Source: Alphaproteobacteria bacterium
GTDB lineage: Bacteria; Pseudomonadota; Alphaproteobacteria; GCA-2731375
Assembly (NCBI GenBank): GCA_965225945.1
Contig: CBDDBZ010000035.1
Location: 224,001-288,000, forward strand
Direction of reading: 5' to 3'
Length of the DNA: 64,000 nucleotides
Shown: positions 51,229 through 61,711 of the stretch, piece by piece
How positions within the stretch are numbered: the first letter of the stretch is position 1
How the letters are laid out: each line of letters starts with the position of its first letter
Position numbers and translations under genes: made by a program
Notes under the pieces: model-generated
Databases searched by the model: none
What the model was told of the DNA's origin: nothing
The model's input: the letters and a program-made list of their open reading frames with translations, nothing else

Positions 51229-52222
51229 AGGCAACCGATCCACCTGCCGCCCGGTCGCCCAGGTGGGCCCACAGGAACCTCCCACGCGCGGTCCGCCGCC
51301 AGCCGCGTGGTGGGCGCGTCGGCCCGCGCGCGGGCCCCTCCTATGGACTACCTGTACGACCTCCGCCGTGCATCCCCAAAGGGGTCAACATTGCACGCCG
51401 ATAGGGGGTCAATGTTCAACGCCGATTGACACCGTGTGCTGGCGGGTGCTCGACAAGGCGGGCAATTCCAATACCAAGGAGCGGATCGCGATCCTCGAAC
51501 ACGTCCTCCGGCTCTTCGGGGTCGACAAGATCGCCAGCCTCCTGGCCGACCGGGAATTCATCGGCGACGCCTGGCTGGCATGGTTGCAGGAAAAGGCCAT
51601 CCCCTTTCACATCCGCATCCGATCCAACATCAAGATCGCCAACACGCGTGGTCGCATGGTCAAGGCGAGGGAGCTGTTTCGCGACCTCAAACCCGGGGAA
51701 AGCCGCATCCTCTCCAACGCCAGGCGCCTCTCGGAGGCCAGAAAACCCAAGGCCAGGCCCGTCTTCGTCGCCGCGCTCCATCTCAAGACCGGCGAACTGT
51801 TGATCGTCGTGACCAACGACGCGCCCGAGGAGGCCTTGGCCATCTACGCCCAGCGCTGGCAAATCGAGACCCTCTTCGCCGCCTTGAAAACCCGTGGCTT
51901 CAACCTCGAAGACACCCACATGACCGACCCGGAGCGCATCTCCAAGCTCACCGCCGTCCTTTCCATCACCTTCTGCTGGGCGCACAAAGTCGGCGATTGG
52001 CTCCACGAGGCCGAGCCGATCCGCCTCAAAACCCACAAAAGGATGGCAAAATCCATCTTCCGATACGGTTTCGAGTGGATAAGGCGACAGCTCGTCAATC
52101 CTATCGACAGGCGTCAAGCCATTGAGCTGATTCGTTTCCTCGTCCCCGGAAAACCACCAGTCCAGGTGCCCAGGCCAAAGCCAGCATGAACGAGTCGTGT
52201 ACTGTGCTCTTCTTCATAAAGA

Positions 52223-52285
52223 TAGAGCAGCTTTATCCGCCAGTTGGATCGCTGAAAGCGATTCCAACTGGCGGATGCTGCTCTA
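52223..52285. repeat. Right hairpin of the bipartite AGAGCA repeat
   Basis: tagagcagc...atccgccagttgga-tcgctgaaagcgat-tccaactggcggatgctgctcta; homologous to 62706-62766. Confidence 0.8.
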
Positions 52286-52326
52286 GCGCTTCCTCGGCGT
52301 CGACCATGGGCGTATAAGAGGCCGCC

Positions 52327-53340
52327 ATGATTCACGGGTTATGGATAATCGCGACGACGTTGGCGCTGGTCCTCGGCCTCTCGGCCGCGCCCGGCGGCGC
52401 GCGGGCCGCGAGTATCGATTTCTTCCGCATCGCCACCGGTCCGACCGTCGGTACCTATTTCCCGATCGGCCGCCTGATCGCCAGCGCGATCACCAACCCG
52501 CCGGGCTCGCGGGCCTGCGACGATGGCGGCAGTTGCGGCGTGCCGGGGCTCATCGCGGTGGCACAGAGCACCGAGGGCGCGCGCCAGAATATCGAGCTGA
52601 TTGGGCGCGGGCTGGTCGAATCCGGCCTCGGCCAAGCCGACCTCGCCCATTGGGCCTTGGAAGGCACCGGCGCCTTCGAGGCGACGGGGCCGATCGACAA
52701 GCTCAGGCTGATCGCCAACCTCTATCTCGAGGGCGTGCAGATCGTGGTACGCCGCGACGCCGACATCACCAGCCCCGCCGACCTCAGGGGACGGCGCGTG
52801 TCCTACGGGGCGGCGGAAAGCGGCGTCGCCAGCCACAACCGCTTGATCCTCGCCGCTTACGGCGTCAACGAGGACGATCTGATTCGCGAGTACAACCCGC
52901 CGGCCGAGGCGGCCCGGCGGCTCCGCGAGGGCCAGGTCGAGGCGATGATCGTGATCGGCGGTCATCCGGTGCCGGTGATCGCCGAATTGGCCCGCGACGG
53001 GCTGATCGACGTCTTGGCGATCGACGACGCGCCGGCCCGCGATCTCATCGCCCGCAATCCCTACTTCCGCGCGCTCGAGATTCCCGAGGGAGTCTATCCA
53101 GGCGTGCCGGCGCGCCGCATCCTCGCCGTCGGCGCGCAGTGGCTCACCTCCTCCGACATCGACGCCGATCTGGTCTATCGCATCACCCGCTCGCTCTGGC
53201 ACGACGGCAATCGAAAGCTGCTCGACGGTGGCCATCCCCGGGGCCGCGAGATCCGGATGGCGACCGGGCTCGACGGCCTCTCGGTCCCGCTACACGAGGG
53301 CGCGCGGCGCTTTTACCAAGAGGTCGGGGCGCTGAAATAG
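52327..53340 (+). CDS. TAXI-family TRAP solute-binding protein
   Basis: Signal peptide; IATG..GTYFPIG, QST.G...NI, PLHEGARRFY. Confidence 0.9.
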   Translation: MIHGLWIIATTLALVLGLSAAPGGARAASIDFFRIATGPTVGTYFPIGRLIASAITNPPGSRACDDGGSCGVPGLIAVAQSTEGARQNIELIGRGLVESGLGQADLAHWALEGTGAFEATGPIDKLRLIANLYLEGVQIVVRRDADITSPADLRGRRVSYGAAESGVASHNRLILAAYGVNEDDLIREYNPPAEAARRLREGQVEAMIVIGGHPVPVIAELARDGLIDVLAIDDAPARDLIARNPYFRALEIPEGVYPGVPARRILAVGAQWLTSSDIDADLVYRITRSLWHDGNRKLLDGGHPRGREIRMATGLDGLSVPLHEGARRFYQEVGALK

Positions 53341-53409
53341 CGCGCCTCGCGCGCCGGGCTCGCGAACCTGATAGGGTCCAGCCCTTTCCCCGACGCGGTG
53401 GAGCACGCC

Positions 53410-56091
53410 ATGAACGAGGGAGCGAGCCCGGAGCCCGAGGCGACCCGGCTGGAGGACTATCGAGCCCCGGCTTGGCGGGTGGAGGAAGTCGCGCTCGAAT
53501 TCGACCTGGCGCCATCCGCGACCCGCGTCACCAGTCGTCTCCGGCTGTCGCGAAACCCGGAACAGACGGCCGCGCCCCTCAGGCTCGACGGCGAGGAATT
53601 GCGTCTGCTCGGCGTCGCCCTCGACGGCAGGGCCCTCGGCCGGCACGAATATGCGCTCGACGACGAGGGGCTGACGCTCGACGAGGCGCCGGACGCCTTT
53701 ATGCTGGAAACGGTGGTGGAGATCGATCCCGCCGCCAACACCAAGCTCGAGGGCCTCTACCTCTCGAACGCCATCTATTGCACGCAGTGCGAGGCGGAGG
53801 GCTTCCGCCGCATCACCTTTTTCCCCGATCGCCCCGACGTGATGGCGACCTACCGGGTGCGCGTGCGAGCCGACGCCGAAGCTTGCCCGGTGCTGCTTTC
53901 CAACGGCAACCTGATCGAGGCCCGCGTGCTCGGGGACGGTCGCCACGAGGCCGTCTGGCATGATCCGTTCCCCAAGCCGTCCTACCTCTTCGCCCTGGTG
54001 GCGGGCAAACTGGGCCGGATCTCGGAGTCGTTCCAGACCGCGTCCGGCCGCGCGGTCGAGCTCAACATCTATGTCGATCCCGGCAACGAGGACCGCGCCG
54101 GTTATGCCATGGATTCCCTGCGGCGCGCGATGCGCTGGGACGAGGAGACCTACGGCCTCGAATACGACCTCGATCTGTTCAACATCGTCGCCATCAACGA
54201 CTTCAACATGGGGGCGATGGAGAACAAGAGCCTGAACGTCTTCAACGCCAAATACGTGCTGGCCGACCCGCAGACCGCGACCGACCGCGACTACGCTTCC
54301 ATCGAGGCGATCGTCGCGCACGAATACTTCCACAACTGGACCGGCAACCGCGTCACCTGCCGCGACTGGTTCCAGCTCAGCCTGAAGGAGGGCTTGACGG
54401 TCTTCCGCGACCAGCAGTTCTCGGCCGACATGCGCTCAGCTTCGGTGCAGCGGATCCAGGACGTCCGGGCGCTGCGCCAAAGCCAATTTCCCGAGGACGC
54501 GGGTCCCCTCGCCCATCCCGTGCGCCCCGCCTCCTACATCGAAATCAACAATTTCTACACCGCCACCGTGTACGAGAAGGGCGCCGAGGTGGTCCGCTTG
54601 CTGCACACGATCCTGGGCGCCGAGGGCTTTGGCCGGGGCATGCGGCTCTATTTTGAGCGCCACGACGGCCAGGCCGTCACCTGCGACGATTTCGTCGCCG
54701 CCATGGCGGACGCCAACGGCGTCGAGCTCGAAAATTTCAAGCTCTGGTATTCCCAGGCGGGAACGCCGGAGGTGACGGTGGAAGCACACCACGATGCAGG
54801 CGCCCGGCGGCTGGAACTGACGCTCGAGCAAAGCACCACGCCGACGCCGGGCCAGGCGGAAAAGGCAGCGCTGCACCTGCCGCTGGAGCTGGGCCTGATC
54901 GGGGCCGACGGCGCCGCCCTGCCACTCCGCCTGGAGGGCGAGACGGCGGCCGTCGGCACGTCCCGCCTGCTGGAGCTGACCGAGGCGCGGGCGCGCTTTT
55001 GTTTCGAGGACATCGCGGCAGCCCCGCTGGTCTCGCTCAATCGAAACTTCACCGCGCCGATCAAGCTCGCCGATCGGCTCGACGCGGCCGATCGCGCTTT
55101 CCTGATGAGGCACGACGGCGATCCCTTCAACCGCTGGGAGGCCGGGCAGCGGCTGGCGATCGAGGTCCTGCTGGAGCGCGCGCGGGCTTTCGCCGAGGGT
55201 GGCGCGGCGGCGCCGGCCGAGGCCTTCCTCGACGCCTTCGCCGCCTGCCTCGCGGACGATTCGCTCGACCCTGCGTTGCGCGCCGAGCTCCTGGCGCTGC
55301 CCTCCGAGAGCTATCTCGGCGAGCAGATGGCGGTGATCGACGTCGAGGCCGTGCATGGCGCGCGCGACGGCTTGGCGCGGGAGATCGCGGCGGCCCATGG
55401 CCCGGCGTTGGGGCAACTCCACGACGGGCTCCGCGACAACCAGCCCTATAGCCCCGATGCCGCGGCCGCCGGCCGGCGGGCGTTGCGCAACATCGCCCTC
55501 GGCTACCTCGCCATGGGCGAGGCGACGGCGGCCGAGAAGCTGCTTCGTGGCCGTTACCTGGACGCCGACAACATGACCGACCGGATGGCCGCGCTCGGCC
55601 TGCTCAGCCACCGCGACGGCGCGACCTCGGAGGAAGCGCTTGGCGATTTCCACGACCGCTACCGCGACGATTCCCTGGTGATCGACAAATGGTTCGCCGT
55701 GCAGGCGATGTCGTCGCTGCCGGGGACGCTTCCCCGGGTCGAGAGCCTGCTCGGCCACGCCGCCTTCTCGCTCCGCAAGCCCAATCGGGTGCGGGCGCTG
55801 ATCGGCGCCTTCGTCGCCGGCAATCAGCTCCGCTTCCACGCCGCCGACGGCGCCGGCTACGATTTCCTGGCCCGCCGCGTGCTGGAGCTCGACCCGCTCA
55901 ACCCCCAGGTCGCGGCTCGGTTGCTGACGCCGCTCGGCCGCTGGCGGCGCTTCGACACCGACCGCCAGGCGCTGATGAAGGCCGCGCTCGAGCGCGTGCT
56001 GGCGGCGCCGAGCCTGTCCAGGGACGCCTACGAGATCGCCTCCAAGTCGCTTGCCCGAGAGCAGGGCGCGAACGGAGAGGACGCGACATGA
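53410..56091 (+). CDS. pepN: Aminopeptidase N
   Basis: GAMENK, HEYFHNWTGNRVTCRDW, NNFYT.TVYEKG, NPQVAARL. Confidence 0.96.
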   Translation: MNEGASPEPEATRLEDYRAPAWRVEEVALEFDLAPSATRVTSRLRLSRNPEQTAAPLRLDGEELRLLGVALDGRALGRHEYALDDEGLTLDEAPDAFMLETVVEIDPAANTKLEGLYLSNAIYCTQCEAEGFRRITFFPDRPDVMATYRVRVRADAEACPVLLSNGNLIEARVLGDGRHEAVWHDPFPKPSYLFALVAGKLGRISESFQTASGRAVELNIYVDPGNEDRAGYAMDSLRRAMRWDEETYGLEYDLDLFNIVAINDFNMGAMENKSLNVFNAKYVLADPQTATDRDYASIEAIVAHEYFHNWTGNRVTCRDWFQLSLKEGLTVFRDQQFSADMRSASVQRIQDVRALRQSQFPEDAGPLAHPVRPASYIEINNFYTATVYEKGAEVVRLLHTILGAEGFGRGMRLYFERHDGQAVTCDDFVAAMADANGVELENFKLWYSQAGTPEVTVEAHHDAGARRLELTLEQSTTPTPGQAEKAALHLPLELGLIGADGAALPLRLEGETAAVGTSRLLELTEARARFCFEDIAAAPLVSLNRNFTAPIKLADRLDAADRAFLMRHDGDPFNRWEAGQRLAIEVLLERARAFAEGGAAAPAEAFLDAFAACLADDSLDPALRAELLALPSESYLGEQMAVIDVEAVHGARDGLAREIAAAHGPALGQLHDGLRDNQPYSPDAAAAGRRALRNIALGYLAMGEATAAEKLLRGRYLDADNMTDRMAALGLLSHRDGATSEEALGDFHDRYRDDSLVIDKWFAVQAMSSLPGTLPRVESLLGHAAFSLRKPNRVRALIGAFVAGNQLRFHAADGAGYDFLARRVLELDPLNPQVAARLLTPLGRWRRFDTDRQALMKAALERVLAAPSLSRDAYEIASKSLAREQGANGEDAT

Positions 56092-57056
56092 CCACGGCAA
56101 TCGCGATCCTCGACGACTATCAGAACGTGGCGCTCGAAATGGCCGACTGGTCGGTGCTGCCGGCGGACGTGGAGATCACCGTCTTCGACGACCATGAGGC
56201 CGACGTCACCAGGCTGGCGGAACGTCTGGCCGACTTCGATGTCGTCGCCATCATGCGCGAGCGCACGCCCTTCCCCCGGGAATTGATCGAGCGGCTGCCC
56301 CACCTCCGCCTCTTGGTCACGACGGGCGGGCGCAACGCCTCGATCGACCTGGCGGCCGCGGCCGAGCACGGCGTCACCGTCTGCGGCACCGGCGTGGGCG
56401 CAGGGGCCACGGCGGAACTCACCTGGGGCCTGATCCTCTCGCTCCTCAGGCGAATTCACGACAACCAGGCGGTGCTGCGGGCGGGCGGCTGGCAGGACCA
56501 CATCGGTCTGGATCTCGCGGGCAAGACGCTCGGAATTCTGGGGCTCGGGCGGCTCGGCGCGCAGGTGGCGCGGGTCGGCGTCGCCTTCGCCATGGAGGTG
56601 CTGGCCTGGAGCCAAAATTTGGACGATGCCCGGGCGGCGGCGTGCGGCGCGAGTCGGGTCGAATTGGAGGCGCTGCTGGCGGCGGCCGACGTGGTCACTA
56701 TCCACTTGGTCCTGAGCGAGCGGACCCGGGGCCTGATCGGCGCGGGCGAACTCGCGCGCATGGGCAATCACGCCTACCTCGTCAACACCTCGCGCGGGCC
56801 GATCGTCGACGAGGCGGCACTGATCCGGGCGCTCGAATCGGGCGCCATCGCCGGCGCCGCGCTCGACGTCTACGACACCGAGCCGCTGCCGGCCGGCCAT
56901 CCGCTCCGTCGAACGCCCAACCTCCTACTCTCGCCCCATGTCGGCTATGTGACAAGAGAGACCTACGAGATCTTCTATGCCCACACGGTGGAAGCCATCG
57001 CCGCCTTCCTGGCCGGGACGCCGACGCGTGTCATCGCCCAGCCCGAGAGTGCTTGA
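56088..57056 (+). CDS. D-2-hydroxyacid dehydrogenase family protein
   Basis: MRERTPF, GLGRLG, NTSRGP, SPHVGY. Confidence 0.9.
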   Translation: MTTAIAILDDYQNVALEMADWSVLPADVEITVFDDHEADVTRLAERLADFDVVAIMRERTPFPRELIERLPHLRLLVTTGGRNASIDLAAAAEHGVTVCGTGVGAGATAELTWGLILSLLRRIHDNQAVLRAGGWQDHIGLDLAGKTLGILGLGRLGAQVARVGVAFAMEVLAWSQNLDDARAAACGASRVELEALLAAADVVTIHLVLSERTRGLIGAGELARMGNHAYLVNTSRGPIVDEAALIRALESGAIAGAALDVYDTEPLPAGHPLRRTPNLLLSPHVGYVTRETYEIFYAHTVEAIAAFLAGTPTRVIAQPESA

Positions 57057-57153
57057 ATGGCGGTGAATCGTGCGACCAAAGCCCGAGAGGCGTTGCATTG
57101 AACGCGCGTTCGGGCAAACTCGCCCACGATTCGACTTAACCAGGATCGCGACC

Positions 57154-57938
57154 ATGCCTGATCGGGTGTTCACCGACGACCAACTCGATTGCTTCCGCCG
57201 CGAGGGCTTCGTCGTGGCCCCCGGCCTGCTCGATCGCGAGGCGACCGAGGCCTTGATCCGAGCCGCCCGGGAGGTCGAGACGATGCCCGAGGTTCCCGGC
57301 CGGCAGATGGTCTATTGGGAGACCAGCCAGCGCGGCGACGGGACCCGGATGATCCAGCGGATCGAGAACTTCTATCCCTATCACGAGTGGTTCCAAGAGC
57401 TCTTCGACGGGCCGTTGCTCAAGGGCGCGTTGGACCAGCTGTTCGCCGAGCCGTCGGTCCTCTACAAGGACAAGATCAACCTCAAGCTTCCCGGCGGCGG
57501 CGGCTTCGAGCCGCACCAGGATCAGCAGGCCGGCTGGAGCGTCTATGCGCCGATCTTCATCACCGCCCTGGTCTGCATCGATCCCGCGACGGTCGAGAAC
57601 GGCTGTCTGGAGCTCGCCGCCGGCCAGCACGACAAGGGGCTGATCGGGCCCGAATGGGAACCGTTGAGCGACGAGGCCATGGCCGACGTCGCGTTCGTGC
57701 CGGTGCCGACGGCGCCGGGCGACGCGATCTTCTTCGATTCCTATACCCCGCACGGCTCGCAACCGAACCTGACCGACAAAGCGCGCCGGGTGCTCTGCCC
57801 AAAAGCCGGCTGATCCACGTCACCTACAACCGGGTCCGCGACGGCGGCCACCGCGAACGCTACTTCGCCGACAAGCGGGCGAGCTTCCCGCCCGACATCG
57901 AGCGCGACCCGGACAAGGTTTATCGCTACCGGGTTTGA
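57154..57938 (+). pseudogene. PhyH-family Fe(II)/2OG dioxygenase frameshifted by a 20-bp insertion (57797-57816)
   Basis: PHQD, GDAIFF...PHGS..N; removing the insert restores RRVLYVTYN...YFADKRASFPPD. Confidence 0.8.
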
Positions 57939-58120
57939 TCGCTCTCGCCGAGCTTGGCGGCGCGAGGCACGAAACAGCTCCGATCATCACGAGGCCAACC
58001 AGCAACCAATTCTCCTTGGTCGTGGTCGTCGGTCCCGGCTTCCCTGTGCTTCGCGTTGGTGCTGTCCTAAATAGGGGCGGAATTTCCCAAAATTGGTTTA
58101 TCTCGTATGGGGAGTTCATT

Positions 58121-58867
58121 CCTTGCCTATCCGGTTTCACCCACACCCACTATATTGTGTGCACCCATTTTCCTGAGTAAAGCTCGGTGCAGGTCGAGCG
58201 GAGATATCTCCGGCGATGCCGAGCAGGGACCCGGACGGCAGCGCCTTTTAGGCGACACTTTAGCGTGGTGGAAATCCTAATCATTGAGTCGGATTTGGCA
58301 AAACGCCACGTTCATAAAGGACCGTCACTTCATTGAAATTTATCTGAAATCGGAGGTGAACGACACCGATGGAATATTCCAGGAAATCAGAGCTTCATTG
58401 AATTGTAGGATTCGAGTGCCGGATTATTCACAAATAGCTCTGTGAACTGGTTTTCAAGTTCGCTCAATACGTCATATGAAGTAAACGGATTGAGGATCAC
58501 GTTCTTGCGTGTCGCTTCGTCTTCGCTGCGACTCAAAACGCGCAGGAGACTAACAGGCGCGGACGGGTTCTTCGCAACGATTCGTGCCAGCGCGTCGCTT
58601 TCTTCGACTAGTGCCGTCAATCGCTCAGACGATGTCGTTTCATCAGCAGCTTCCCGTCTGGCCGTGGGTTTCTTCGTTTTTCCCTTGGTCGCCACCGTTC
58701 CGTCCCCCGATGTTAAGTACGTGACGTGAATTAAACTCCGGTTCGGTTTTCAGAACAATCAAGAATTAGCCGGATCGCCTCCTCAATGCGCCTGCGCCGG
58801 CCCTTGCCCGCAGTCCAAGGAGACACACTACATATAGTGGGTGTGGGTGATAACCGGATAGGCAAGG
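58121..58867. mobile_element. 747-bp non-autonomous element with 35-bp TIRs, 6-bp TSD and a passenger ORF
   Basis: ccttgcctatccggtt-tcacccacacccactatat versus reverse complement of 58832-58867 (one indel); TTCATT at 58115-58120 and 58868-58873. Confidence 0.8.
58387..58695 (-). CDS. Short HEAT/LRV-repeat-like protein, possibly truncated
   Basis: VAKNPSAP..LL..LS...R..V..NP.T repeat pattern. Confidence 0.55.
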   Translation of the reverse strand: MATKGKTKKPTARREAADETTSSERLTALVEESDALARIVAKNPSAPVSLLRVLSRSEDEATRKNVILNPFTSYDVLSELENQFTELFVNNPALESYNSMKL

Positions 58868-58928
58868 TTCATTCTTGGTGTTGTTTGAGAAGTAACCGCC
58901 TCAAACCTTGTGTTCGTTTAATCTGGCA

Positions 58929-61418
58929 TCAGCCGAATGGTTTCCACAGTAAAATCAACTTCGGCAGCACCGTGAGTGCTGCCAAAAGGGCGATGAACAT
59001 TGCCGACGCGATTAATACACCAAAATATATAGTGGGGATGAAGTTGGAAAACACCAAGATGGAAAAGCCGAAGATGATGGTCATGGTCGTGTAGAACACC
59101 GCTTTGCCGATATTGGAATGGCAAACATGCAGGGTCTCCACATAACTGTGAGTAAGTGCATACTCTTCTCTGAAGCGGTAGATATAGTGAATGCCATTGT
59201 CTACCGCGATACCGATGGTGATGGCGGCGATCGTGATGGTCATCATGTCCAGGGGGATTCCCGCCCATCCCATTACACCCAAAACCACCCCGGCACCTAG
59301 CAAGTTTGGCAGAATGCCGATAATCGACAAAGTGATTGACCGGAACAACACTAGGAACATGATCGCAATACCCAGCATCACTACACCTATGGTTTTGATC
59401 TGTGATTTGAATAAGCTTTGCAGCATATTGTTGTAGAGCACTAGCAGCCCACTCACGATCACGTCCTGCTCCTCAAATCCGAGCTTCTCCACTAAATCAC
59501 GGTGCACTGTCTCCAGCAACTCCTTGCGGCGCAAATCCGGTTTCGAATCCAACACACGCGCAAGGAGCCGTGCCTCGTTGTCATCGATGGAAACATAAGG
59601 GTCCATGAGATCCTTTCTTACCTCGGGGGGGATTTTGGTATAAAGGAGTGCCAGCTGCATTCCGTCCAGCTCCTCTTCGGCTAAGTCTTCGGCAACCCGC
59701 ACCGGCGAAGCGAGCGAGAGCACCTTGCCGATCTCGGGAAGTCCATCGAGGTAGTCGTGTACCGCTTTGATGCGCTGGATCCTGTGGACGGTAAACCAAT
59801 ACTCCGGTGAGTTAGCTAATGTTTCCGCGTACTCACGCTCCATTCGTATCTCTTGCTCGGTCAATCCTTCAAGGTCCTCGGGTTTCAGCAAGTCGTCAGA
59901 GATATCTCCGAATTTTATCAATATTTCCAGTGGAGTCGTGCCACCGAGCTTCTCATCGATGAGCTTGAGACCTTGATAAATTTCCGTGTCGTCGCTGAAG
60001 TAGTTGATGAAACTGTTCTCGACACGCAGCCGGGTGATTCCCGCTACACTCACGACGGTCAAAATTACCACCAACACCAGGATCTTGTTGCCTTGAGTCT
60101 CGGTCAGACGGGCCAGATATGCAGGTAAGAGAAACCGGTCACTGTCGAAGGTGGGTTTGGATCCAGTTTTCCCCAGTACCATCAGCAACGTGGGGAACAG
60201 TAAAAACGAGGTGACAAATGTTACCGCCAAACCGGCGCTCATCATCCACCCGAAGTCGATGACCGGCTTAATGTCGCTCACGACCAGGGAGCTAAAACCC
60301 ATGATGGTGGTCAGCGCGGTGTATAGACAGGGTTTCACCATCTTATGCGTGGTGGTTCTGACCAGCGCCAACTGATCGTCACCAGGATGATCTCGATTGA
60401 GCTGCCGGTAACGCACGATCAAATGAATGTTCATCGAGATGGTGATGATCAGCATAAGAGCAAGAAAATTGGATGAGATGACGGTGACCTTCCAACCGAT
60501 CAATCCCAGTACACCCACCATGATTATTCCGGCGTAAAAGCAGCTGAGCAGCGGGAGCACGATCCAGCGAAATTCCCGGAAGATGGCGGCGAGAACAATG
60601 ATGAGAAACACCAGAACGCTACCACCAAAGACGATCAGGTCGTTGCGCACGAATGTCACCATGTCGTCGGTAATCATCGGCACGCCGCCGAGATATAAAA
60701 CGCCATGCTGGCGGTACGGCTCGATGATGTCTCTGATATGTCCAACGTCAAGGTGGCGTTGCCTATTTAACGCTTCATGAGTCTGATCGTATTCGGTGGT
60801 GATGCGTTCCAGAGCTTGCGTTTCTTTAACGGAGAGACCGGAATTTCGTTGTTTGGCACGCAGCTCATTTCGAGATTGGCGCAGGCCGTTGTACTTCGGA
60901 TCCTCGACTAGCCTCAACAGCAAAGCGGTAGTTTGACCATCTACGCTGACGATGAGCTGCCGATATATAGGGCTATTGAGCAGCTCGTCTTTGGCCTTGC
61001 CTCGGTCGACACCGGGTTTCCCCAGGCTTGGTAAATCTTTGATGACTTCCGTGAGAGGTTCGTCCGAGTTTTTTAATAGGGGGGCATCGAGTATCGTGAA
61101 CACCGTGTCCACGCTGGTGACTTTCTCGAGTTCTTCACGGAGTTGCTTCAAAGACTCTAAGGCTTGGTCCGAGAAGAGATCTATGTCGGGGGTGTAGGTC
61201 ACAACGAGTAAGTCGGTACTCGGATATCGCTCGTGAATATTGCGGTACACCTTGAGGTCCACGTCGTCTTCCAGCAACAAAGAGTCGGCCGATGCGTCCA
61301 ACTTGAAGTTTTTTGTGTGATAACCGAAAAAAACCAGAATTGAGAGCAGCACGACCAGAACTGACTTAGGATTGTGGAGCACCAGAGTGTCATAGGCCTG
61401 TACGGTACGAGACGTCAT
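58929..61418 (-). CDS. MMPL/RND-family transporter (lower-GC, probably horizontally acquired)
   Basis: 829 aa with two 1+5 TM halves; TTIMGFSSL, GIAVDNGIH, GFSILVFSNF.PT..FG. Confidence 0.9.
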   Translation of the reverse strand: MTSRTVQAYDTLVLHNPKSVLVVLLSILVFFGYHTKNFKLDASADSLLLEDDVDLKVYRNIHERYPSTDLLVVTYTPDIDLFSDQALESLKQLREELEKVTSVDTVFTILDAPLLKNSDEPLTEVIKDLPSLGKPGVDRGKAKDELLNSPIYRQLIVSVDGQTTALLLRLVEDPKYNGLRQSRNELRAKQRNSGLSVKETQALERITTEYDQTHEALNRQRHLDVGHIRDIIEPYRQHGVLYLGGVPMITDDMVTFVRNDLIVFGGSVLVFLIIVLAAIFREFRWIVLPLLSCFYAGIIMVGVLGLIGWKVTVISSNFLALMLIITISMNIHLIVRYRQLNRDHPGDDQLALVRTTTHKMVKPCLYTALTTIMGFSSLVVSDIKPVIDFGWMMSAGLAVTFVTSFLLFPTLLMVLGKTGSKPTFDSDRFLLPAYLARLTETQGNKILVLVVILTVVSVAGITRLRVENSFINYFSDDTEIYQGLKLIDEKLGGTTPLEILIKFGDISDDLLKPEDLEGLTEQEIRMEREYAETLANSPEYWFTVHRIQRIKAVHDYLDGLPEIGKVLSLASPVRVAEDLAEEELDGMQLALLYTKIPPEVRKDLMDPYVSIDDNEARLLARVLDSKPDLRRKELLETVHRDLVEKLGFEEQDVIVSGLLVLYNNMLQSLFKSQIKTIGVVMLGIAIMFLVLFRSITLSIIGILPNLLGAGVVLGVMGWAGIPLDMMTITIAAITIGIAVDNGIHYIYRFREEYALTHSYVETLHVCHSNIGKAVFYTTMTIIFGFSILVFSNFIPTIYFGVLIASAMFIALLAALTVLPKLILLWKPFG

Positions 61419-61545
61419 GGAGTTTTCTCTTTGAGCAATGCCAATTCAGCCAGGGGAACAATGGTATCGGCCCATGGCGTGTACACTTGTCCAGAGGGGT
61501 GAAGGTTATCGTCGGCCATCAGGGTCGGATCGCCGCCTGCCCGTT
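61415..61545 (-). pseudogene. C-terminal remnant of an SGNH/GDSL hydrolase
   Basis: GDPTLMADDNLHPSGQVY..W (DxxHP); stop overlaps the MMPL start. Confidence 0.55.
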
Positions 61546-61711
61546 TGAACCGAGATTTCCCAGATGGCCACTTTAGTCGACATTCCCCAGATGACATCCA
61601 AATTCGAGAAAATCGTACTACCATTCCACCGCCAAGGGAACTGCATCTCTTCGGCAGCCACGCCATGACGTCGAGTTTACGGCATCTCGATGCCGTCCGC
61701 GCCGGATCGCC

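Larger units (their letters stand above)
47453..51431 (+). mobile_element. IS21-family element, copy 2, with the IS3-like element in its left end
   Basis: 5-bp TSD CCGTG at 47448-47452 and 51432-51436; 2545 bp after removing the nested IS and one TSD copy, same as copy 1. Confidence 0.95.
47084..52189 (+). pseudogene. IS4 transposase split by IS21 (47084-47452 joined to 51437-52189)
   Basis: MDRTNW...AIPV joins CWRVLDKAGNS...ADREF...YAQRWQIETLF.ALKTRGFNLEDT in frame. Confidence 0.9.
47000..52206 (+). mobile_element. IS4-family (IS10-like) element containing nested IS21 and IS3-like elements
   Basis: IR catggtacacgac / gtcgtgtactgtg; 9-bp TSD CTCTTCTTC at 46991-46999 and 52207-52215. Confidence 0.9.
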
